IMG/VR virus record: IMGVR_UViG_3300038674_000137
Location: 1 to 24,597 of that record
Source of the DNA: a virus
Taxonomy: Duplodnaviria; Caudoviricetes
Length of the DNA stretch: 24,597 nt
Direction: 5' to 3' (one strand)
In this document: positions 1-10,800 of the stretch, piece after piece
Layout: each line of letters opens with the position of its first letter
Position numbering within the stretch: position 1 is the stretch's first letter
Position numbers and translations under genes: made by a program
The notes under the pieces: model-generated
The model's input: only the letters and a program-made list of their open reading frames with translations
Database searches by the model: none
Told to the model about the DNA's origin: nothing

Positions 1-7
1 ACCTACT

Positions 8-691
8 TTAGAATCTTCCTTCAAGCTGGATACCTATTGTTCGATTAACTGTGCCAAAAGGAGTAGCATTACCACTCAATCCACTTTCTACATCTCTATC
101 AACACTTCCAGAAAGAGTAACACTACCAGCTAATCCTATTGCTACTTTGCGATTGAGTACTCCGGCAGGTGTGATACTTCCCTCTAGATTTGCAGCTTGT
201 AGTATTTCATAAGTAACTGTAGCATATATCTGAGTACAACGTTCATAATGACCACTGTCAGGTGTAAACATTATTCCAACTGATAAGTTATCAATATCAC
301 TTTTTGTCCATGCAACGGTTGTATAAGGATTAGTTGTCCATGATACTGATACATCTGTATATGTCGTTGTGACGTAAATATTAGAACCATAATTTACACT
401 TGCCCCATAAGGTTTAATTACTAGATACCCTAACTGTGTGCCAGCATCACCTTTTACAACTGCATGGACAGTAACAGACGATATGGTAATATCCCCTTCC
501 ACAGCTAGACTAGGTAATCCAAACAAATCAAAGTAATATGGAGGAGGAAATTCATACCTTGTCTCATATATATAGGTTAAATCACTATCAGGACTTGAAT
601 CATCTACAGCTTGGTAATGAGATGTGGTGCCATAAACACCTTCAAGCCCTCGAGTAATATCACTATTTGGTCTTAGAGTTTCAGTAGCCAT
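8..691 (-). CDS. Putative virion structural / tail-associated protein
   Basis: Thr/Ser/Tyr-rich and beta-like. Contains a WTTNPYTTVAWTKSDIDNL segment of a type seen in phage virion proteins, and C-terminal ~18-aa quasi-repeats (L.G..T..G...R). Lies downstream in the structural operon. Confidence 0.55.
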   Translation of the reverse strand: MATETLRPNSDITRGLEGVYGTTSHYQAVDDSSPDSDLTYIYETRYEFPPPYYFDLFGLPSLAVEGDITISSVTVHAVVKGDAGTQLGYLVIKPYGASVNYGSNIYVTTTYTDVSVSWTTNPYTTVAWTKSDIDNLSVGIMFTPDSGHYERCTQIYATVTYEILQAANLEGSITPAGVLNRKVAIGLAGSVTLSGSVDRDVESGLSGNATPFGTVNRTIGIQLEGRF

Positions 692-705
692 TACGGTTTC
701 CTTTT

Positions 706-740
706 AGAGAAAGTGGTAGAGAAGCAAACCTCTCTACCAC
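706..740 (-). terminator. Probable intrinsic terminator/attenuator hairpin
   Basis: Perfect 10-bp inverted repeat GTGGTAGAGA (713-722) / TCTCTACCAC (731-740), followed on the minus strand by a short pyrimidine tract. Intergenic. Confidence 0.6.
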
Positions 741-767
741 ATATCCCCCAATCTTTAGGCAAGTCGG

Positions 768-1361
768 TTATCCACCGGCTGTTAAGGTAAGTACATAAGT
801 CCAGATAATCTGGTTACCAGGGACAACGTTAATGGCATCGAACTTGCTCCTGTCCATCAGTGTTCCATTTGTAGAGGCATTGAACAGACCGTGTTCCGTA
901 ATAGCTTTAGTGGCATTGTAAGTGGTAGTAGCTACGGAAGTATAGGTATTAGTGCTTGCTACCTGTGTACCTATATCCCTGCTTCCACCCCACGGAGTAC
1001 CTAAGCCAGTATCTCCGACTGCTTCATCCCCAGTACCTGTACCGGAATCGTGGTACTTAAAGTCCCCGATAGCTGAAGATTCCGTTTGATGCTGAGCTGC
1101 AAGGAAAGTAACATAAGCGGTAGTGATACACTTATTACGTACTGTCCTCTTCTGCTTAACATCTTCTCTATACAGTTCGGGAAAGCGAGTTACCGGATGT
1201 GCTTTAAGGAAGTCAACATCCATACTTGTATCTATAGGTGTAAACACCCTCGCAGTTAAGAGTGAATCATAGCTCACTTTTCCGGCTGTTCCAGCTAGTA
1301 AATTGGCGAGGTTATCGATACCCCCCAATACTGCTTCTTTTACTTTACTTGTAATTCCCAT
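768..1361 (-). CDS. Phage tail-collar/fibre-type structural protein
   Basis: C-terminal pattern GTG...GDTGL...AITEHGLFNASTNGTLMDRSKF..INV..G resembles tail-collar fibre-like domains. SD AGGAGG upstream. Confidence 0.6.
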   Translation of the reverse strand: MGITSKVKEAVLGGIDNLANLLAGTAGKVSYDSLLTARVFTPIDTSMDVDFLKAHPVTRFPELYREDVKQKRTVRNKCITTAYVTFLAAQHQTESSAIGDFKYHDSGTGTGDEAVGDTGLGTPWGGSRDIGTQVASTNTYTSVATTTYNATKAITEHGLFNASTNGTLMDRSKFDAINVVPGNQIIWTYVLTLTAGG

Positions 1362-1373
1362 GTTTCCTCCTAT

Positions 1374-1613
1374 TTACGAACCAAATAAGTTTATTCCACT
1401 CAATGTTCCTGTCACACCAAGAACAGCAGAAAGAACAAATAATATCGTCTGTAATTTACTATACTTGTTCTTCAAAGTAGATACTTCTTTTCTCAGACAT
1501 TCTACTTCTCCACACAATCCGGTGTCCGATGAACCTTTAGCTCCGAGTAAAACAGCAGTTAGTGTTAGAACGGTATCATGCGTTTCCTGTATGAGTTCTT
1601 CTGTTGTTTTCAC
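1374..1613 (-). CDS. Small coiled-coil protein with a C-terminal transmembrane helix (XhlA/holin-like)
   Basis: Start re-called at GTG 1613 behind AAGGGGG. Heptad segment followed by hydrophobic ILFVLSAVLGVTGTLSGINLF. Confidence 0.45.
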   Translation of the reverse strand: MKTTEELIQETHDTVLTLTAVLLGAKGSSDTGLCGEVECLRKEVSTLKNKYSKLQTILFVLSAVLGVTGTLSGINLFGS

Positions 1614-1626
1614 ACGTACCCCCTTA

Positions 1627-1842
1627 TTACTGTAACTTTGCTTCTCCACCTTTTGTACCTCCAAAAGTTGGTTCATCCTGTTTCATCTGTGTTCTTTCAG
1701 CTACCATACTGTTACACATAGCAACAGCTTGGTCTCTGGGGATTCCATTTCCTATTTCGGCAGCGATACAAGCACTTAAAGCTGCTTTCTTTTGGCTATC
1801 ATCGCTTGCCGGTTCAAGCCTTTCAATTTCAATTATAGACAC
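1627..1842 (-). CDS. Small phage head-module protein
   Basis: SD GAGGTG. The SACI......G....QAVAMC.S motif recurs in small phage head-gene products. Confidence 0.5.
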   Translation of the reverse strand: MSIIEIERLEPASDDSQKKAALSACIAAEIGNGIPRDQAVAMCNSMVAERTQMKQDEPTFGGTKGGEAKLQ

Positions 1843-1851
1843 ATATCACCT

Positions 1852-2499
1852 CTAAAAGTACATGACCCTGACTGTAAACTTACCCTCTGAAGCTTCAGCA
1901 GTATTTGTCCAAGTTGCCACGATATATGTCTCTGCAGAAAGAAACTCAGGGAGTTTTTGGTCATTATTTGTACCCGCCTGCATTGTCATAACACCATTTA
2001 GAGTCACTGGACAATCTACAGGGTCAATGTACTTATTTGTATTACCAGCTATACCCACTTCAAAAGTCTTAGTTGTGTCACCATTCATAGATTCCGTACA
2101 TAATACACCAATCTCCATAATCACGCTACCCGCAGGAAGCGTCATAATGGCTGTAGAAGTGGCTACACCGCCCTCTGAACAGTCCACTTCCTTCGTGAAG
2201 CATTTACCCAGTGAATTTCCATTAAGGATGTTTCCAGCTAGGTCGTTAAGGTTAGCGGCTGTAGCGGTAACAGCCACACCACCGAGCTGGAGATTAGTCA
2301 CTTTAGCCGTAGTCAGATTTGCCGTAGTTGACGTAAGCGTTGTTATCGTACCTGTAGTGGCAATAAGAGACGTTAAGGCAGCTACTGTGGCTGTTATCTG
2401 GTCAACAACAGCATTACGTATATCAGGGTCAATAAGCACCGGCTTTGAGAAAGTAGCTATGGTATCTTCATCATGGATAACTTTTGGTATATCTATCAT
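1852..2499 (-). CDS. Putative capsid decoration/spike protein
   Basis: Thr-rich N-terminal stalk plus a C-terminal beta-sandwich-like pattern (LPAGSVI.EIGV...F.VG....KY). Second gene downstream of the major capsid gene. Confidence 0.55.
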   Translation of the reverse strand: MIDIPKVIHDEDTIATFSKPVLIDPDIRNAVVDQITATVAALTSLIATTGTITTLTSTTANLTTAKVTNLQLGGVAVTATAANLNDLAGNILNGNSLGKCFTKEVDCSEGGVATSTAIMTLPAGSVIMEIGVLCTESMNGDTTKTFEVGIAGNTNKYIDPVDCPVTLNGVMTMQAGTNNDQKLPEFLSAETYIVATWTNTAEASEGKFTVRVMYF

Positions 2500-2520
2500 A
2501 TCTTCCCCCTTACAAGAATA

Positions 2521-2540
2521 GAGGGGGAATGTACCCCCTC
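2521..2540 (-). terminator. Intergenic GC-rich hairpin, possible weak terminator
   Basis: 7-bp stem GAGGGGG/CCCCCTC with a 6-nt loop. The tail TATTCTT is a weak U tract. Confidence 0.4.
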
Positions 2541-2554
2541 CATTCTACCCTATT

Positions 2555-3229
2555 CTAGATTCTCTGGAAGGCATTGGCAGTTAGAAATATCCAGACTTTG
2601 CCAAAGTTATCCTCAACATTGGAACAGTTACATCTGACGTATTTCTTATCCGTAGTAAAGTTACGGACATACACAGCGGGCTGCATCTGTGTAGGGTCGG
2701 GTAAGAGTGCCGTAGTCTTAGTACCAACACCGGTACTGCCGGAAGTAATGGTCTTACCGACAGCAGCATCGAATAGGTCATCCGCAGCATCCATTTCGAT
2801 AAGAACTTTACCAGTTCCACCTATGGTCTCCAAAGCAGGGTCATACCACAGGATAACGCCGGTATCCCCAGAAGTTTCCTCGGTAACGGTAGCTCCGACA
2901 TCAGCAGCTACGAAAGCTGTAGTAGCGGTAATTTCAACCTGCTTCAGATGACAATGCAGGGTGGGGAAAGTTGTTACGGTCTCCCAGTTCCTGTCAAGGT
3001 AATCTGAAACTTCAATAGTGATTACGGCTTCATCGTCATACGCATCAGAATCAGCTTCTTCGGTAAGAACCATAACTGCAGCCAGACCCTTAGTCGGAGT
3101 ACCGTTGATTTCAACTACCGCATTACCGTCAGAATTGACAGTTTTTGAAGTAGCAGCTACATCATTCTCGTCTAAGTCGATGAGAACACCACCGTAAAGT
3201 CCTCTTAAAACAGTCTCGTTATCAAACAT
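2555..3229 (-). CDS. Putative capsid cement protein (Bbp16-like position and termini)
   Basis: Directly downstream of the major capsid gene. MFD.. start, KKYVR near the C-terminus, acidic and beta-rich. SD AAGGAGG. Confidence 0.55.
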   Translation of the reverse strand: MFDNETVLRGLYGGVLIDLDENDVAATSKTVNSDGNAVVEINGTPTKGLAAVMVLTEEADSDAYDDEAVITIEVSDYLDRNWETVTTFPTLHCHLKQVEITATTAFVAADVGATVTEETSGDTGVILWYDPALETIGGTGKVLIEMDAADDLFDAAVGKTITSGSTGVGTKTTALLPDPTQMQPAVYVRNFTTDKKYVRCNCSNVEDNFGKVWIFLTANAFQRI

Positions 3230-3269
3230 TTTACATGTCCTCCTTATTTATTTACCGGTTATATACAGC

Positions 3270-4268
3270 TTATGAAGAAGCTGCTACGTTATCGGGGAAG
3301 ATATTGCAGAGTCTCCCGATACTTCTGGGGTCAATCATGGCTAAGCCTATCGGGTGGTCGACTTCGGTTCTGTAAACCGGTTTGCCCTCCAGTAAGCCTT
3401 TGTCCGTAACTTCCATAGGATATTCCTGAATACCCCACAGGTACTCGCCTACGCCAAACTTGGCGGCGTAGATAGAAGTACTGGTATCTGAAGAATACAG
3501 GTTAAGCGGGTCTTCGTTCAGACCGATAATATCAGTAAGCTGGTCGGAACAAGTACCAATATCAATCAACCGAGCACCACCATACATGTCGATATTTCTA
3601 TCAAACATGTCTTTAGAAGTAGTAAGCAGTTTCTCTTTCATCAGAATATGTCTGACTGCCATTAGGGTTCTCTTGTTCATAAACAAGAAATCCGGAGAAT
3701 GACCCTTGATATTGTATACTAATTGGTCAAGCTTCATCAGGAAGTTGTAAGCGTTGGCAGTGTCATACAGAATACCGGCATCACGGATAGTACCAGCAGT
3801 TCCACCACAATCGATAAACTGGTCTGTAAAGCCCTCGGATACTACTTCATCCACCCTTGCAGCTAAACCTTTGAACTCTTCAGGGTCAACGACAGGATTG
3901 CCGTTAATGAATTTGTCGTTGAACTTGTAAGCCATAGCTTTAACCATCATATTCTGTTGAATAGCACGAGCATCGGCAATCGAGTTCTTAGCTCTGGCGA
4001 TTGCTTTATCGGTATCAATCATACCCCCCATCAGGGCTATTTGTTCTGTTTTCTGTTTGAAGTTACCGGTGGATTCAGCGTAACCGGCGTTCAGTTTACG
4101 GAAACCGACACTGGGAAGGTCGTTATAAGTTACAACCGTAGTCGAAAGAGCACCGATTGTCTCCCAAGGAATCATCTGCATTACAGGAGCTTCCATAAGA
4201 AAAGTATCAATTACCGATTTCCTCAGTGCATCCGTTTCTATTTTTGAAAAATCAGCATAAGTCCACAT
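3270..4268 (-). CDS. Major capsid protein (HK97 fold)
   Basis: ~332 aa, follows the scaffold gene. Motifs LPSVGFRKLNAGY.ES, GG.ID.DK, FINGN....PEEFKGL..R and TSIYA.KFG are typical of Bbp17-like capsids. Start re-called at ATG 4268 behind GAGGTG. Confidence 0.9.
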   Translation of the reverse strand: MWTYADFSKIETDALRKSVIDTFLMEAPVMQMIPWETIGALSTTVVTYNDLPSVGFRKLNAGYAESTGNFKQKTEQIALMGGMIDTDKAIARAKNSIADARAIQQNMMVKAMAYKFNDKFINGNPVVDPEEFKGLAARVDEVVSEGFTDQFIDCGGTAGTIRDAGILYDTANAYNFLMKLDQLVYNIKGHSPDFLFMNKRTLMAVRHILMKEKLLTTSKDMFDRNIDMYGGARLIDIGTCSDQLTDIIGLNEDPLNLYSSDTSTSIYAAKFGVGEYLWGIQEYPMEVTDKGLLEGKPVYRTEVDHPIGLAMIDPRSIGRLCNIFPDNVAASS

Positions 4269-4288
4269 ATGCGTCACCTCTTATAAAT

Positions 4289-4792
4289 TTATTTTTTCGA
4301 GTATGCCTGTCTCGCCAAATCCATCGGTGAACCGGTGAGTACTGCAGCACCACCGCCACTTCCGAAATCTGGTGCAGGCTTTTTCTTGTCTGGTACATTG
4401 ATACTGCCGATTGTCTCGTTAAGCAAGTCAAGTTCTTTCTCGGACAAACCTTTTACTTTTTCTTCAGAGACACCTTTTGCAACAAGGGTTGCTCTCTTCT
4501 CCGATATGGACTTTTCCTTGAAACCAGCCAATTCCGCTTTAATTTGTTCATGTGCAACTTTAAGTTCATCAAGTTCTTTCTTTAAAGCTTCTGCAGTACC
4601 TTTGTCAGGTGCGTTTTTCAACTGTTCTTCAAGGGATGTTTTTTCTTCGTTCCAGCGAGTTTCAGATTTGTTAAACTTTTCTTTAAGTCCTACATACTGA
4701 TTCCAAGGTACGGTTTCAGGATGGGGCTTAGGGGTGGTTTCCTCTGCCGGAGTTTCGGTAGTAACATTCCCTTCTTCAACTTTTTCTGCCAT
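4289..4792 (-). CDS. Capsid scaffolding protein
   Basis: Acidic N-terminus, VPW..Y...KE motif, Glu/Lys coiled coil and Gly-rich C-terminal tail. Immediately upstream of the capsid gene. Start at ATG 4792 behind GGAGG. Confidence 0.8.
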   Translation of the reverse strand: MAEKVEEGNVTTETPAEETTPKPHPETVPWNQYVGLKEKFNKSETRWNEEKTSLEEQLKNAPDKGTAEALKKELDELKVAHEQIKAELAGFKEKSISEKRATLVAKGVSEEKVKGLSEKELDLLNETIGSINVPDKKKPAPDFGSGGGAAVLTGSPMDLARQAYSKK

Positions 4793-4812
4793 TATATCCT
4801 CCATCTGTTTTT

Positions 4813-4841
4813 AATTTAACACAGCTATTTATTTCTGTCAA
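4813..4841 (-). promoter_or_regulatory. Sigma70-type promoter for the scaffold/capsid genes
   Basis: Minus strand reads TTGACA-N17-TAAATT with TG at the extended -10 position, in the gap upstream of the scaffold gene. Confidence 0.7.
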
Positions 4842-4843
4842 CA

Positions 4844-7800
4844 CTAATCAAGGTTCATATAATATGTCCAATCTGCGGTCTGTATCATAGTAGGCTTTAT
4901 ATCAAAGTAACTCCACCATGTAACGATAAGCTCTCGTACCTCCTTCCACTCTTTCGAGTCAAGACTGAATACACTTTCGTTCATCTTACCCCAGAAGAGT
5001 AACATAGCTTCAAGCTGTATATCTTTCTTACGTTCCTCTTCCCTAAGATTCTCTTTTGAGGGTAATTGATAATAGACACCCCAGTAATCCTCACATTGCC
5101 GGTAGAAAGAAACAAGTTCATCGAACCCATTATCCTCCGTGATAAGAAAATCGGGTATACCTTTCAAGGCAGAAGCATAATCACTGCCAAGGTTAGACAT
5201 TGTATAGTACTTTCCCTTAGCAATCTCTGTTCCAAGAAGCAATACAGCATCTTGAGTCTCCCGTAAAGCTTCTTCATACTCCGTATCCGGTGCTTCTTCC
5301 GTACCTGTAAATACTTTCTGTAAACGTTCAAGTATATCACGTTCAGCTTTCTCAACTTCAGCGGGTTCATACTCATCATCGAGTAGATGTATTAACTTCT
5401 GGAAGAAGCGTCTGTCCATACCATCGGGAGTGTCGGTAGTTGCTTCAAGCACATCGATGAAGATACGGTAGAATCCTACGAAAGTATTGCCATACTGAGA
5501 CATGCCATATGATAAGTCACTCAAAGCCTGCTTCTTATCTTCTTCATCATCCGAAGTAAGGGCTATAAGGGCATTACCTATAATCTCATTAATCGTAGAT
5601 ACGGAACTCATGGCGAGACCCCCCATCTCCCAGTTAAGTATACTTGTAACCGTATACTCTTTATTATCCCCACCGGATAAGGTCATAAGCAGAGAACTTA
5701 GTAAGTCACCCCATAGTGCCATGAAAGCGACATTCTTTATCCCTGTAGCCCTGTCAAGAGGCTTGGACTGCGAACTGAATATCTTACCTACCTGTATAGC
5801 TATCTGCTGAATGTAACTCTTCGGGAAGATTGATAAACTTCCGAGAATACGACCAGCAGAACTCCAATACATCCTTGCAGATGAAGCCATCGAGTACATG
5901 TATAATGCGTCATTAACAGCTTCACTGGCTATTTTCAGACAAGCCGCTTCTGTTCCGGTAAGCGTCTGATTGCCTGGTACTCCCCAATCAACTCTACCCT
6001 TTGTCTCCAGTAATGCAAGGATAGTTTTTCTTTTACCAGAAGCAAGGTCTGCTATACCACTCTTCTTATACCACCAGTCAATGTCTTTATAATGCTTACT
6101 GTTAACATCATGGTACTGTTCACTGGCTTCCATAGCTTTAAGTAAAGCAGCTCTGAATGTGATTAACCTTGAGTATTTATCAGATACAGCCATAGTCGGA
6201 ATCTTCGCACATACCCTTGAAAGAAGCCTTGACGGTGAGTCAGCAAGCTTAACTGGATATAGCACAGCTTTAAGCCATGCGGGTAAGTTATTGCTAACAC
6301 CGGTAACATCTCCATCCAAGAACAAAAAGTCACGCATTTCACTGCCAGACTGGTCAACTCTAGTATCGAAGAATACCGCCGCTTTACTTCGGAAAGCCGG
6401 AGACAGCTTCTTATTCCACATGGAACGGTTAAGAGCCTTAAACAGATAACCCTTGTGTGGGTAAGTAGCAAAAGGCTGCAGTACATTTCTGACGCCTTTA
6501 AAGGGATGCATAAAGACTACCGGATTAGCTCTCCTTAGTACGGCACGTATAGCGTTCACGAAGATGTTACTCGACTCAGGCTTGCCCAAAAGTACACGCT
6601 TATAATCTTTCAGATACTCATTAAACTTCTCTTTATCCGCAATCTTATCGTGCATTACACTGTAGAACTGGTTAAGAGTATCTATCTCCTCTGAAAGAAA
6701 CAGATTCAAACCCATTGAAAGATTGTACGTGTCCAATCTCTTAATGACCCCATCCAACTGACCGAAAGGAATCATATAGTCCTCTCTGGATTCTGTATGC
6801 CTAGTTCCTCTTGTAACATTCCAATCTTCCTCTACAGACTCCAAGGACTTATTCGATACAACATGAGGGTCGTAGAAAGACTGGATAACACCCCATTCGA
6901 CTGTGGATAAGTAACGCCACAAAGCATCTTCTCCTTCACTTTCAAGGGTATCGATAGCTTGCTGTATCTCACCACGAACCACTGTATCTTCTTCTCTTAC
7001 GTGCAGTTTGTCTGCAATATGGTTTACGGTAGGACTCTGCCTGTAATAACGTAAGAATCTCAAAGCACGTACAACCGGCTGCCATTCCTTATAGATAAGG
7101 GTAATTTCATCAGCAAGTAATTTCTCTTCTATGGAAGCCTCAGTCTCAATGCCATTGACAAGGGCTGCAACACGCTGCTGGGCTTCTTTATCCTTTACTA
7201 TGATGTTGAACCCCTTAACTTTCTTTAGACGGCGTAAATAGGCATCCTGCAGTCTCTTGGCGTATTGATAGCCGGTTATCTGGCGGTCATGCAGCATGCT
7301 GAAAGGTAAGCCGGTAGCTTTCTCCAAATCATCAAATACGTAGCGGGTATCCATAACCTGCCATGTCGATTTAAAATGAATCGAGTCATTGGGCAAACGG
7401 GATAGTACGATAAACTGCTGTTCCAATCGAGATAGTTCATACCACGACTTTACAAGTAAGGTATTCTTCGGTAGTCCCGCAGCTTCGGCTATCTTCTGAA
7501 GTCCCTCTAAAGCTATAGCTTTCTGTTCAGGAACTATACTCGTGTCATTAAATACTAACTGGTGGAAGAGAATCAATTCTTGAACGGACTTACTACCTTT
7601 TTCCAATGCAGGATTCTCGTATATATACTTTTCAATATCAGGATTCTCGTCTATAGCCATCTGTTCACGTTCCATAGCAAGCTCAATATCCGGTAAACGA
7701 GTCATACCGGAAGCGTGAACAGGGCTTAAAGAACCCGCATTCTCAAATGCAAACTGTTTTTCTGCTTCTTCACGAGAAGAAAGGATTTCCTCCGTACTCG

Positions 7801-10800
7801 GTTTCTTATGGATACGTTCACTAGGACTACGGAGTACATTATATACGCCAGCTTTGTTTACGCTTAATGGATAGTTCATACTGAAGAAAGCAAAGTCAAC
7901 AGGATTCTCCAAGGTATCACCGTTAAGATACTCAGAGAAGCGATGTACTAACCTTTCGATTATCTCTCTTCCACTGTACTTTTTATTCTCCACTGTATAT
8001 TCAATTTTGGCTATAATACTCACCACACTAGCGTTCTGTATCTCTTCATCCGTAAAGCCCTGTTCTTTCAAGAAAGCTTTAGTAGTAGCACTGAAACCTT
8101 TCATTTCCTTAGCAGTCTGCAGTACTTCATCTAACCGTATATCGATTCCCAGATATGCAGCATAGTCGTTAAGCAAGCTGAAATCACCTTTGGCAGCTTT
8201 GACATACACATAGCTGTGGATAAGTTCATGGAAGAGGGTTATACGATTGATATACTTTGCACTCTTAATACGAAGTACTCCGGTAGTAAATTCGTAATCA
8301 CCGGTAGCTCCCTCCCGTATATTCTCGTCGATAACAACTTCAGATACAAAGATGTCAGTTCGATATGGAAAAGTAGCTAAGATACGAAGCAGTCTTTCAC
8401 GTTCTTTCGGCTTCAGTTTCTTATCAAGTTTAATATTGGCAAAGTCTATCCTATGCTCCTTATTGGCAAGGAAGTCTACATGGCTTTCACGTACTCTGGA
8501 AGCATAAGCAGATAGAGCTTCCATAAGCTCTTTCTTACTTCGTGTATTATTGGATAAAGCTGAAAAGCTTGACAGAGCATAGTTTTTATCTAAGCCATAT
8601 TCCTCACAGAAATTAGTCTTTGTCTGTATTGAAAAGCTTCTCCATAACTTACGAGCCTCTTTTTCTGTTAAGAGGATAGGCTGTCCATCGGTACTCTGAG
8701 ATATGGTGGCTTCCGGAGATATACCTTCCGAGGGTGCTTCTGTTGCTGCAGTTACATCCTTAGCTTTCTTTCTTTTCTTATTTGCGGTTGTTCCCTCTAC
8801 TTTTGCATTTACATCATCCTTTCTGGTTTCTAATTCTATCTTAGCTTTGAGCTTCTTGATTGTCTCGTTATTCTTTTTACGTGCTTCGATAAGATTCGCT
8901 GTAGCACCCTCTTTGGCTTTTATAAGCTCTTCCAAATTTGTAACAGCTTCTCTTGCATTTTCATCACGAGGATTCTTTGCTAAGCGTTCTTTCTGGGTTG
9001 CTAAGCTGCTCTTACAAGCAGTGAGTTCATCGTTAAGCAGCTTTAAGTCAGAAGCAATACCTTTGTTATCCTCTCGCTTAGCTTTGATAGCTTTCTCTAC
9101 ACCGGATATGTTCACAGGTACAACACGCTTTGTTTTCTCAACAGCTATCTCTACCTTTGCACGAGATACAGGTTCTTGCTGTACTTCAGCGGAAGCAATC
9201 GCTTTAGCTTCAGCTTCTTTAAATCCAGCTTTAGCTGCTTCAAGTTCGATAGCAGCCATCTTTGCAATAACTTCTGCATCTAAATAAGCTTCCATCTGGT
9301 TGTATTGTGCTCGTGCTTGTGACATAGCACCAAAGCCACCGGTAGGCAGGGTGAGTAAAGCGGAGGTGAATAAGGAATCTGTTACTCCTTCCCATATCCC
9401 ACGACTTTCGTCAACGGTAGAAATAGCAGCATTTTGAATTATGGTCTGTAAACTTTCAGTAACCATTTCAGAAAGCATAGCAGTAGTAAGGGTCTTGGCA
9501 GCTCCACCGATTATCTTCTTGGTAGTAAGCTCGCTGATTAACTCTTTCGATAACTCTTTCACCACATTCTTCTTAAAGGCAGCTGCAAGTCCTGGGAAGA
9601 TTGTTTTGAGATGAACAAACTCTCCTGCAAAGTCCAGTATACTTATAACAGAACCGGCGGTATTTGAAATCAAGCGAGCTTCACCATCGGTAGCCCCGCT
9701 TGCAATCGCATCATTGTATACGTCACCGATATTCTGGGGGGTAAAGAAGAAACCACCGACAGCAGTACCAGCAATAGGATTGGCTGTCAGAATCGTTGTA
9801 CCGATAGCTAGTGCAGCACCAATGACAGATGGTAAGTTAGCAGCTAAGAAGCCGAGATACCATTGTACCTTACCGGCATTATGCGTAAGACCAGAGAAAG
9901 TATACTCGTAATTCGATACGGTATACTCCGGATTCTCTTTTATCCATTCTGAATATATCTGCCTGTTTCTTTCCATTTGTCGGTCAGCCCATAAACCGGC
10001 GGATGAACCTACAACTTCACCGTAGGCATCTTCTCTACCCTCACCAGCTACGGTTCTTATTAATTCAAGAAAAGCTGTTTTGGAATCGAATACCAGTCTA
10101 TCCCATCTGAATACAATCGTATGCCAGATGTCCTCGTAATCACCCTCATCTCTTTCGTACTCTAAAGCGAGTGACTCGTTATGCTGCGTGTTAAGGAAAG
10201 CGATAGCTTCTGCGGCACTTAACTTCTCATTAGTAGTAGATTCCGGAGATTCAAGGATAGCCCCCCATTCGGAATAAGTCTTACCCTTATAAGTACCCGC
10301 AATCTCCAACTTAGAGGAAGCTTTGCCCAAGGTTACACGTTCATTCTCTGCGTCATAAAAACCTACCTGTTCATTATCTACCCATACAGAACCATCAGTA
10401 CGTAAATGACCGGCGACAGTGTTACCACTTTCGTCATCGGTAAGAAAGATTATATCTCCCTCAATCTGTAGAATCTGTTCATAAATATCGGCTATCTGGT
10501 CTTTAAGAGGCGAGTTCTCATCCACTTCAATACCTAGGTTTCTTATACCGGTAAGGAAAGCTTCCAATGAGCTTTTCACAGCCGTTTCATTACTCACAAG
10601 TACTGTCGAAGGAAAAGCGTCTTGCAAAGCGGAAGTAATGTCAGTAACTTCTCTAGAGAAAGCAACACTGGAAAGAATCTGAGCTGGAGTAAGTTCGGGT
10701 GCATTTTCAGATGCGGATTGTCTGGCTAACTTATCTGCTTCTTCTGTGGTTATCTCTCCGATATTCCACTTATTACCAGATAGTAATTCTTCCTGTGAAG

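Noticed and set aside
1-60. Possible frameshift or premature stop where the quasi-repeats of ORF 8-691 end abruptly
   Set aside because: Only 7 nt lie beyond the stop, so it cannot be evaluated in this window.
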